A DNA stretch of 13,682 nt from Candidatus Sericytochromatia bacterium. GTDB taxonomy: Bacteria; Cyanobacteriota; Sericytochromatia; S15B-MN24; UBA4093. Shown here one piece after another: positions 1 through 8,291 of the stretch. The notes below the pieces were generated by a model that searched no databases, was not told the origin of the DNA, and saw nothing but the letters and a program-made list of their open reading frames with translations. Numbering within the stretch: the first letter of the stretch is position 1; every line of letters begins with the position of its first letter. The DNA is taken from assembly GCA_036676495.1 (NCBI GenBank), contig JAKFCT010000092.1:1-13682 (forward strand), written 5' to 3'. Both the position numbers and the translations under genes were made by a program.

Positions 1-1764
1 GACGCCGGCGACCAGGTGACGGGCCACGTTCATGTCGTAGTCTTCGATCATGACGACCTTGCCGTCGAAGCCTTCCTGCTTGGCGATCTGGTGGATCTGC
101 TGGATGAAGCGCTTGCCGGGCTCGTCGGCGGGGTGGGCCTTGCCGGCGAAGATGATCTGGACCGGGCGGCCCTTGGCGTGAAGGGTCTTCTGGAGGCGGG
201 CGGCGTCCCGGAAGATCAGGGTCGCGCGCTTGTAGGTCGCGAAGCGGCGGGCGAAGCCCAGGGTGAGCGCCTCGGGATCGAGGAGGGTTTCGGTCTCCTT
301 GATCAGGGCGTGGGGCTCACCGTGGCGCAGGCGCTGGACCTTGATGCGCTCGCGGAGGAAGTCGACCATCTGGTGCTTGAGCTTGCGGTGGACGTTCCAG
401 AGTTCGGCATCGGGCACGGCATCGAGCTTCTTCCAGGTCGATTCTTCCTCGACCCGCTCATGCCACTGGTTGCCGAGGTAGGCGTTGAGGAGCGTGCCGA
501 GCTCGGGAGCGAGCCAGGTCTCGGTGTGGATGCCGTTGGTGATGGAGGTGATGGGCACCTCGCTCTTGGGGATGCCGGGCCAGAGGTCGTGCCAGATGCG
601 GCGGGAGACCTCGCCGTGCAGCTTGCTCACGCCGTTGGCCTGGCGCGAGAGGCGCAGGGCCAGGACGGTGAGGCTGAAGAGCGGGGGGCCGGCGGGCTGG
701 TCGTGGCGGCCGAGCGCCATGAACTCCTCGCGGTTGAGGCCGAGTGCGCCCCAGAAGCGGTGGAAGTAACGCTCCATCATGTCGAAGGTGAAGGCGTCGT
801 TGCCGGCGGGCACCGGGGTGTGGGTGGTGAAGATGGAGTTGGCGGCGGTGGCTTCCAGCGCCTCGTAGAAGGTGAGGCCCTTGGTCTGGACCAGTTCGCG
901 GCTGCGCTCGAGGTTCAGGAAGGCCGAGTGGCCCTCGTTCATGTGCCAGACGGAAGGAGCGTAGCCCAGCTGGCGGAGGGCCCGGACGCCGCCGATGCCC
1001 AGGAGGATTTCCTGGGTGATGCGCATGTCCTGGTCGCCGCCGTAGAGCTGGGCCGAGAAGCGGCGGTCTTCCGGGGCGTTCTGGGGGATGTCGGTGTCGA
1101 GGAGATAAAGGGGAATCCGGCCGACCTGGACCTTCCAGACCTTGGCGAAGACGGTCCGTCCGGGCAGCTCCACCGAGATCACGATGTCCTGGCCGTCGGA
1201 GTCCTGGGTGGGCTTGATGGGAAGCTCGGCGAAGTTGAGCTTCTTGTAGGAGGCTTCCTGCCAGCCCTCGGAGTTGAGGAGCTGCTTGAAGTAGCCCTGG
1301 TTGTAGAGGAGGCCGACGCCCACGAAGGGCAGGCCGAGGTCCGAGGCGGACTTGCAGTGGTCGCCCGAGAGGATGCCGAGGCCGCCCGAGTAGATGGGAA
1401 GCGCCTCATGCAGGCCGAACTCCGCCGAGAAGTAGGCGATGGACTTGTCGGCATGCTGCGGGAAAGTCCGGGAGTACCAGGTGTCCTTGGGGTTCATGTA
1501 CGCGTCGAAAGCCGCCAGCACCCGGTCGTAACGCGCGAGGTACTGGGGGTCGCGTTCAGCGGCGTCCAGGCGCTCCTGGGCGACTTCTACCAGGAACTTG
1601 ACGGGGTTGTGGTAGATGCGCTCCCAGAGGTCGGGATCCATGCCGCTGAAGAGGGCCTGGGCCTCAGGGTTCCAGCTCCACCACATGTTATGTGCCAATT
1701 CGCTCAGCCGCTCCAACCGGGCCGGAACCACGGGGAAGACCGACACTCTACCTAGCAGATTCAC
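1..1764 (-). CDS. glgP: Alpha-glucan (glycogen) phosphorylase, 5' 588 codons; continues beyond the left edge
   Basis: Manual translation of the minus strand (absent from the ORF track because it has no stop in the window): GTG at 1764 preceded by GAGGAG (1777-1772), MNLLGRVSVFPVVPARLERLSELAHNMWWSWNP. Family motifs IAYFSAEFGLHEALPIYSGGLGILSGDHCKSASDLG, HMNEGHSAF and FTTHTPVPAGNDAF are present. Confidence 0.95.
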   Translation of the reverse strand, partial: MNLLGRVSVFPVVPARLERLSELAHNMWWSWNPEAQALFSGMDPDLWERIYHNPVKFLVEVAQERLDAAERDPQYLARYDRVLAAFDAYMNPKDTWYSRTFPQHADKSIAYFSAEFGLHEALPIYSGGLGILSGDHCKSASDLGLPFVGVGLLYNQGYFKQLLNSEGWQEASYKKLNFAELPIKPTQDSDGQDIVISVELPGRTVFAKVWKVQVGRIPLYLLDTDIPQNAPEDRRFSAQLYGGDQDMRITQEILLGIGGVRALRQLGYAPSVWHMNEGHSAFLNLERSRELVQTKGLTFYEALEATAANSIFTTHTPVPAGNDAFTFDMMERYFHRFWGALGLNREEFMALGRHDQPAGPPLFSLTVLALRLSRQANGVSKLHGEVSRRIWHDLWPGIPKSEVPITSITNGIHTETWLAPELGTLLNAYLGNQWHERVEEESTWKKLDAVPDAELWNVHRKLKHQMVDFLRERIKVQRLRHGEPHALIKETETLLDPEALTLGFARRFATYKRATLIFRDAARLQKTLHAKGRPVQIIFAGKAHPADEPGKRFIQQIHQIAKQEGFDGKVVMIEDYDMNVARHLVAGV

Positions 1765-1900
1765 TCAATGACTCCTCAATTGTGGACTAGCGCCTGTGGC
1801 GGTTCTGGATGACGGCGCGAGGGCCTCGAGAACCGACCGTCGTGAAAGGAATGTTCCGCGTCTCTGCGGGAGGCTGGCGACCATGCCAAGCGCAGGGGCC

Positions 1901-1909
1901 ATGGTACCA
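1901..1909 (-). promoter_or_regulatory. Putative extended -10 promoter (TG-G-TACCAT) for glgP, implying a ~130-nt leader
   Basis: Minus strand reads TGTGGTACCAT in the dusB-glgP gap; no good -35 seen. Confidence 0.4.
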
Positions 1910-1939
1910 CAGCCTGCCTGGTTCATGGCGGGGAGGGCG

Positions 1940-2950
1940 CTAGGCGACGGCCGGCGCTCCGGAGAGGGTTTCAATGAAGCTCGTGATGACCTCCACGAGG
2001 GCCTCGCGGGTCGTCGTCTGGTTGACCCGGTTCCGCAGATCGGCCGATGCGTGCATGCCCTTGGTGTACCAGGCCACGTGCTTGCGGCATTCGGGCACGC
2101 CGGTGCGCTCGCCCTTCTCCTCGATGAGCAGCATGCAGTGGTCGAGGGCGACTTGCAGCCGCTCGACATCCGACGGCTCGGGCAAGAGTTCGCCGGTCTT
2201 GAAGTAATGGGCCGTGCGCGGGATGATCCAGGGGTTGCCTTGGGCTCCGCGCCCGAACATGACGCCCTTGCAGCCGGATTCCTTGAGGCGCTTGACGGCG
2301 GTGACGGGATCGTAGAGGTCTCCGTTGCCGATGACCGGGACCGAAACGGCCTGGACCACCTCGGCGATCGCCTCCCAGTCCGCCGTGCCGGAGTACATCT
2401 GCGAGCGGGTGCGGCCGTGCACGGTGATCGCGGCGACCCCGGCGTCCTCGGCGATCTTGGCCACTTCCACGTAGTTGCGCTGGTCGTCGTCCCAGCCCAG
2501 CCGCATCTTGATCGTGATGGGCTTGTCCGGCACTTCCCGGATCATGGCCTTGAGGATCTCGCGCAACAGCGGGGTGTCCTTGAGGAGGGCGGAGCCGTCG
2601 CAGCCCTTGGTGATCTTGGGGACCGGGCAGCCGAGGTTCACGTCGACCACGGCGGCTCCGGCATCCGCCAGGATCCGGGCGGCCTTGCCCATCGCCTCGG
2701 GCTCGTGGCCGAAGAGCTGGAGGCCCAGGGGCTTCACGTCCTCGGGCACGCGGAAGGCCGGGGCGTTATCCTTGCGGCGTCCCCAGTTCAGGAGGCCCAC
2801 CGCCGAGAACATCTCGTGGAAGACCAGGCTTTCCTGGTCGTAGCGCCGCATCAGCTTGATGTACGGCACGTCGCAGACCCCGCACATGGGGGCGAGGATC
2901 ACGGGGCTATCGAGTTCCAGGGATCCGATCTTCAAAATAGGTTCCTTCAT
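1940..2950 (-). CDS. dusB: tRNA-dihydrouridine synthase DusB (NifR3 family)
   Basis: Motifs LAPMCG, QLFG, DVNLGCPVPK, KMRLGWD, VHGRTRSQMYSG, IGNGD, GVMFGRGAQGNPW, RKHVAWY. Start placed at ATG 2950; an alternative GTG is at 2956. Confidence 0.93.
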   Translation of the reverse strand: MKEPILKIGSLELDSPVILAPMCGVCDVPYIKLMRRYDQESLVFHEMFSAVGLLNWGRRKDNAPAFRVPEDVKPLGLQLFGHEPEAMGKAARILADAGAAVVDVNLGCPVPKITKGCDGSALLKDTPLLREILKAMIREVPDKPITIKMRLGWDDDQRNYVEVAKIAEDAGVAAITVHGRTRSQMYSGTADWEAIAEVVQAVSVPVIGNGDLYDPVTAVKRLKESGCKGVMFGRGAQGNPWIIPRTAHYFKTGELLPEPSDVERLQVALDHCMLLIEEKGERTGVPECRKHVAWYTKGMHASADLRNRVNQTTTREALVEVITSFIETLSGAPAVA

Positions 2951-2958
2951 AATCACCT

Positions 2959-2967
2959 AGTCTATCA
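2959..2967 (-). promoter_or_regulatory. Extended -10 (TG-A-TAGACT) 8 nt upstream of the dusB ATG; probably leaderless or near-leaderless
   Basis: Minus strand reads TGTGATAGACT-AGGTGATT-ATG. Confidence 0.55.
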
Positions 2968-3021
2968 CACGCGAAAGCCCCCGCCCACGCGCGGGGACGC
3001 GGATTGAGGCCATGCCTTCCC

Positions 3022-3050
3022 TTGTCAAATCCCCGGGGGGGCATTACCCT
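3022..3050 (+). promoter_or_regulatory. Sigma70-type promoter for the esterase gene
   Basis: TTGTCA (3022-3027), 17-bp spacer, TACCCT (3045-3050). Confidence 0.5.
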
Positions 3051-3084
3051 GGTGTCTCGCTTCCCTCAACGAGCCCTGACGCCC

Positions 3085-3858
3085 ATGATCATCACCAAAA
3101 AGCTGCTGACCGGCCGCCTGCACCAAGCCAAGCCCATGAAGGTCCCTGGCTTCGACGGCGATCGCCGGATCACCCTCTACCTTCCCCATGATTACGATCA
3201 CTCGGGGAAGCGCTATCCCGTCGCCTACATGTGGGACGGTCAGAACCTCTTCGGGGATCAGGGATCCTTCGCGGGAGGCTGGCACCTGCACCAGGCGCTC
3301 GACATGCGCGCGACCCACGGCAAGGTCGTCCCGATCGTGGTGGGAATCCACCACGGCGCCAACCGGGAGGAGGAGCTGGTGCCGTGGCCGGTCGAGGAGG
3401 GCAAGGAGGCCAAGGCGGATCAGCTTCTCGACTGGTTGACGGAAAAACTGATGCCCATGGTCGAGGCGGAGGTCCGGGTCCTCACGGGCCCCGATCACAC
3501 CATGGTCGGGGGATCGTCGCTGGGCGGGTTGATGTCGCTTTACGCCTTCTTCCGGCACAACGATCGCTTCGGCAAGGCGCTCTGCATGTCGCCGTCGCTT
3601 TGGGTCGCCGAGGGCAAGATCTTCGAGTACGTCGCCAAGGCGCCCTGTGCGGGGGATCCGCGGCTCTACCTGGATTGCGGAGCCAAGGAGGCCGATGGCA
3701 TCGTCATCGAGCATGCCGAGTGGATGGCGCAGATGCTGGAGCGCAAGGGCTTCTGGGAGAAGTACCACCTGTACTGGCGTCCCGATCCGCGCGGGGATCA
3801 CAACGAGCGCGCCTGGCGCCGCAGGCTGCATCGCGCCTTGCACTTCCTTTACGGCTAG
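3085..3858 (+). CDS. Alpha/beta-fold hydrolase, putative esterase family (Fes/IroE-like), ~257 aa
   Basis: Motifs RITLYLPHDY, RYPVAYMWDGQNLF, nucleophile elbow GSSLGG, SPSLW, YLDCG and catalytic-His region GDHNERAWRRRL. Start uncertain (ATG 3085 or 3136). Confidence 0.88.
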   Translation: MIITKKLLTGRLHQAKPMKVPGFDGDRRITLYLPHDYDHSGKRYPVAYMWDGQNLFGDQGSFAGGWHLHQALDMRATHGKVVPIVVGIHHGANREEELVPWPVEEGKEAKADQLLDWLTEKLMPMVEAEVRVLTGPDHTMVGGSSLGGLMSLYAFFRHNDRFGKALCMSPSLWVAEGKIFEYVAKAPCAGDPRLYLDCGAKEADGIVIEHAEWMAQMLERKGFWEKYHLYWRPDPRGDHNERAWRRRLHRALHFLYG

Positions 3859-3900
3859 CGCCTGCGGGCTCGGCCTCCGGGAGAGATTTTTGGTCAAATA

Positions 3901-3932
3901 GCCTGCTTACTTGGTGAGCAGGTTATGTTTTG
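3901..3932 (+). terminator. Probable intrinsic terminator after the esterase gene
   Basis: CCTGCTTAC-TTG-GTGAGCAGG hairpin (one G-U pair) followed by TTATGTTTTG. Confidence 0.5.
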
Positions 3933-4004
3933 TTATGATTGCGCTCGATCGTCACCCGGGCGACAGATCCGGGGTTGGGGTCATGTCGCGGACGCGGCAA
4001 GCGG

Positions 4005-4010
4005 TATAAT
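4005..4010 (+). promoter_or_regulatory. -10 element (TATAAT) upstream of the ATP-grasp gene
   Basis: Perfect TATAAT in a GC-rich background, 35 nt before the start codon. A second candidate, TGTTATGAT, is at 3931-3939. Confidence 0.55.
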
Positions 4011-4044
4011 GGATCCCGGACGGAAGACGACAGGAGATGAAACA

Positions 4045-5235
4045 TTGCGACAGTTGACGTTCCTCTGCGTGATGGCCGCGACCAAAGGGCTCTACGCCTT
4101 GCCCTTCCTCAGGGAGATCAAGCGGCAGGGGCATCGCGTGCTCGTGCTGACCCAGGCCGAGGCCTTGGGTTACGACTGGCCCCGGGAGAGCATCGACGAG
4201 CTCTTCGCGGTGGTCAACATCTTCGATCCCAAGCTCGTGCGCGACACGGTCAGTTACGTGGCGCGGCATCACGCCATCGACCGGGTGGTGGCCTTGGGAG
4301 AGTACGACATCGAGATCGGCGCGGCCCTGCGCGAGCACTTGCAGCTTCCGGGCATCGGAGTGACGGTGGCCCGCAACTTCCGCGACAAGCTGGCCATGCG
4401 CCGGGTGGCCTCGGAAGCCGGCGTGAAGGTGCCGGAGTTCACTCCGGTCTTCCCGTACGCGGCTCTGGGGGCCTACATGGCCACGGTTCCGGGGCCGTGG
4501 GTGCTCAAGCCGCGGACGGAGGCCTCGTCCAACGGGATCAAGGTCATCGCGCATCCGGACGAGCTCTGGCGGGAGCTGGATCGCCTCGGCGACGAGCAGT
4601 CCAACTACTTGCTGGAGCGTTTCACGGCCGGGGACGTCTACCATGTGGACGGCGTGGTCTCCGAGGGCCGGGTCCTGATGGCGCGGGCGCACCGCTACGG
4701 CACGCCCATCCTCCAGCTGCATCGGCAGGGCGGGGTCTACACCACCCGGGCCCTGCAGCGTGGGGATACGGTGGAGCGCGAGCTCCTCAAGGTCAACTCC
4801 CAGGTGATCTCAGCGCTGGGGCTGCCGTTCGGGGTGACGCACATCGAGTACATCCGCAGCCATGACGACGGTCAGATCTACTTCCTCGAAGCGAGCGCCC
4901 GCGTGGGCGCCGGGATGATCGAGGAGATGGTCGAGGCCGAGACGGGCCTGAACCTCTGGGTGGAGTGGGCCCGCCTCGAGATCGCCCAAGCCCTGGGCGC
5001 GTACCGCCTGCCGGCGGTGCATGACGCCTACGCGGGCGTGGCGGCCTGCATGGCGCCCTACGAGCGCCCGGATCTCCGCAGCTACGCGGAGCCGGGGGTG
5101 ATGCCCTTCGAGGCCAAGCCCTATCATGCGAGCGTGCTCGTGCATGGACCGGAGGCGGAAGCGGTCGGCGCCAAGCTCGATGGCGTGGCGCAGCGCCTGG
5201 CCCGGGACTTCCAGGTGCACGTCCCCGGTCACTAG
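4045..5235 (+). CDS. ATP-grasp domain protein (putative carboxylate-amine ligase), ~396 aa
   Basis: AGGAG at 4032-4036 precedes an in-frame TTG at 4045. ATP-grasp motifs: FRDKLAMR, PWVLKPRTEASSNGI, LLERFTAG.VYHVD, THIEYI...FLEASARVG. Confidence 0.88.
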   Translation: MRQLTFLCVMAATKGLYALPFLREIKRQGHRVLVLTQAEALGYDWPRESIDELFAVVNIFDPKLVRDTVSYVARHHAIDRVVALGEYDIEIGAALREHLQLPGIGVTVARNFRDKLAMRRVASEAGVKVPEFTPVFPYAALGAYMATVPGPWVLKPRTEASSNGIKVIAHPDELWRELDRLGDEQSNYLLERFTAGDVYHVDGVVSEGRVLMARAHRYGTPILQLHRQGGVYTTRALQRGDTVERELLKVNSQVISALGLPFGVTHIEYIRSHDDGQIYFLEASARVGAGMIEEMVEAETGLNLWVEWARLEIAQALGAYRLPAVHDAYAGVAACMAPYERPDLRSYAEPGVMPFEAKPYHASVLVHGPEAEAVGAKLDGVAQRLARDFQVHVPGH

Positions 5236-5249
5236 TCGGCAAATCAAAT

Positions 5250-5291
5250 GATCAACGGCCCGGCCCTCGCGAGAGGGCCGGGCCGTTGATC
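5250..5291. terminator. Bidirectional intrinsic terminator between the convergent ATP-grasp and AbrB-like genes
   Basis: Perfect 19-bp stem GATCAACGGCCCGGCCCTC / GAGGGCCGGGCCGTTGATC with a GCGA loop; T-rich flanks on both strands. Confidence 0.85.
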
Positions 5292-5294
5292 GTT

Positions 5295-5483
5295 TTAGAG
5301 GGGGGCCTTGCGGATGATCATCTCGTCGTCGACGATTTCGTAGTGCAAGGTCTCGCCCGCGTTACCCTGCAGCTTCTTGACGATGGTCGGCGACAGGTGA
5401 ACACGGCCATCCGAAGCGACCTTGATCGTGCCCTTGATGGGTTCGTAAGGATAGGGCTGGGCGTTCTCGGGGGTCGATGCCAT
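5295..5483 (-). CDS. Small AbrB/MazE/SpoVT-like DNA-binding protein, 62 aa
   Basis: AGGAG RBS (5497-5493). KVASDGRVHLSPTIVKKLQGNAGETLHYEIVDDEMIIRK fits the swapped-hairpin pattern (Kv..dGri.lp..i.kkL....Ge.l...v.d..iiirk). Confidence 0.75.
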   Translation of the reverse strand: MASTPENAQPYPYEPIKGTIKVASDGRVHLSPTIVKKLQGNAGETLHYEIVDDEMIIRKAPL

Positions 5484-5671
5484 TGCAGTAGTCTCCTAGA
5501 TCAAACGTCGTTTCTCAGGGCAGCTGCCCTTCCTGCCGAAACAGCCGCGGGCGCTTGGGTGCGTGTTCCAGGTCGGTCATCTCGGGTTTACGCTCGGATG
5601 CCGGTCTTTTGACCGTCCGGGGCGTTCATCCGGTACCGAAGGGGCGATACGGCTTGCCCTTGGCGAGCGCG

Positions 5672-5686
5672 ATCCTATGTTATCAT
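5672..5686. promoter_or_regulatory. Adjacent divergent -10 elements: TAGGAT (-, 5677-5672) and TG-T-TATCAT (+, 5678-5686)
   Basis: Two TANNNT hexamers on opposite strands in the most AT-rich patch of this intergenic region. Confidence 0.45.
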
Positions 5687-5762
5687 GAGCCGCGCCTGTC
5701 GGAGCCCCTTTCGCTGCTCCGAAGATCGTTCAGGCGCTTCCTTTTCATGGGAGAACGACGTT

Positions 5763-6119
5763 TTGGATCGCGAGCTCGCGCTGTTTATCGGCAAGACTCT
5801 CTTCTCGGCCCTGATGATCGCGGGCCTTTCCTCGCTGGCGACCCGCTTTCCGGTGCTGGCGGGCTACCTCGTCGCCTTGCCGTTGACCACGATCCTGACC
5901 TTGAGCTTCACCTACGCCCAGTCGGGAAGCGGCGAGCAGGCCGCCAAGTTCGCGCTGTCGATCCTCTCGGCCATCCCGATCAGCCTCTTGTTCTTCGTTC
6001 CCTTCCTCTTCTACACCCGCTTCAAGGGCTCTTTCTGGCTCTACATGCTGGCGGGACTGGCCCTGATTTACGGAGGCTTCTTCGTGCACCGGGCGTTTGC
6101 GGGACGCGTCATCGGCTAG
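5763..6119 (+). CDS. Small 4-TM membrane protein, DUF3147-like, ~118 aa
   Basis: GGAG at 5750-5753 precedes an in-frame TTG at 5763. Four hydrophobic segments. The pattern K..FSALMIA..S.LA.R...LAGYLVALPLTTIL and SLLFF resembles DUF3147 proteins (recognised from memory). Confidence 0.7.
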   Translation: MDRELALFIGKTLFSALMIAGLSSLATRFPVLAGYLVALPLTTILTLSFTYAQSGSGEQAAKFALSILSAIPISLLFFVPFLFYTRFKGSFWLYMLAGLALIYGGFFVHRAFAGRVIG

Positions 6120-6158
6120 CGTCGCTTTCGAGGCTGGATCGCCGGGAATCCGATACGC

Positions 6159-6193
6159 CGAAGGGGCCGGAGGCATTGCCTCCGGCCCCTTCG
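6159..6193. terminator. Hairpin terminator between the convergent DUF3147-like gene and ettA
   Basis: Perfect 16-bp stem CGAAGGGGCCGGAGGC / GCCTCCGGCCCCTTCG with loop ATT, 7 nt from the ettA stop. Confidence 0.8.
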
Positions 6194-6199
6194 TTGGGT

Positions 6200-7861
<1,662 letters not shown>

Positions 7862-7943
7862 GCTAGCATCTCTCCCTTGGAATCGAGGGGCGGCGGCGCT
7901 TCAAACCCTTGTTTCTCCGGTTTGAGGCTGTAGACGCCTGGGT

Positions 7944-7981
7944 TTAAAGGCACCGAGGGGGCGTTAAGCCCCTCGGTGCCT
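7944..7981 (-). terminator. Intrinsic terminator ~85 nt upstream of the ettA start
   Basis: 13-bp perfect stem AGGCACCGAGGGG / CCCCTCGGTGCCT with an 8-nt loop, ending in TTTAAA on the minus strand. It lies in a divergent intergenic region where no annotated gene ends. Confidence 0.7.
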
Positions 7982-8110
7982 ACGCTTGAGTCTGGGCACC
8001 GGGTCCCAAACGGCGGAGGGATGGCATCACGTCTGCCTGGACCGGTCGATCTCCCCCCGAGCCGGGCGGGAGATCCGGCGGGTTCCCGCGGATCCCGTTT
8101 CCCTCCAAGA
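7944..8110 (-). ncRNA. Candidate ~170-nt structured RNA (ettA leader/attenuator or sRNA); no known family recognised
   Basis: Bounded by a strong promoter (8117-8144) and a terminator (7944-7981); contains several GC-rich helices. Confidence 0.55.
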
Positions 8111-8116
8111 ACCTCC

Positions 8117-8144
8117 ACTCTATCAGGTCTGGGTCGCTTGTCAA
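8117..8144 (-). promoter_or_regulatory. Strong sigma70-type promoter pointing toward ettA
   Basis: TTGACA (8144-8139), 16-bp spacer, TAGAGT (8122-8117) with a TG extension; predicted TSS ~8110. Confidence 0.7.
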
Positions 8145-8291
8145 AGCGCCCCGGACCTCGGTTGGACCCCTCGCGCGACGTGGCACGAGGGGGGAGCGTT
8201 CGGCTGCCTGGATCCCGAAACCCCAGGGGGGGAAGACTCGCCGAGAAGCTGGTCCGGGTTGGCCGGGCGACGAAGGAGAAAGGTGCATCAG

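Noticed and set aside
16-1755. 579-aa plus-strand ORF
   Set aside because: Antisense shadow of glgP. Long stop-free antisense frames are expected in high-GC coding DNA, and it has no recognisable motifs.
2979-2997. CCCCGC-CCACGC-GCGGGGA hairpin resembling a type I-E CRISPR repeat core
   Set aside because: Single copy, loop longer than canonical, no spacers or cas genes in the window.
1796-3007. 403-aa plus-strand ORF
   Set aside because: Antisense shadow of dusB.
3925-4044. N-terminal extension of the ATP-grasp ORF given in the ORF track
   Set aside because: It overlaps the terminator and promoter elements; RBS and family similarity point to TTG 4045.
8181-8197. TGGCACG as a sigma54 -24 box
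   Set aside because: No TTGC -12 element at the required spacing.
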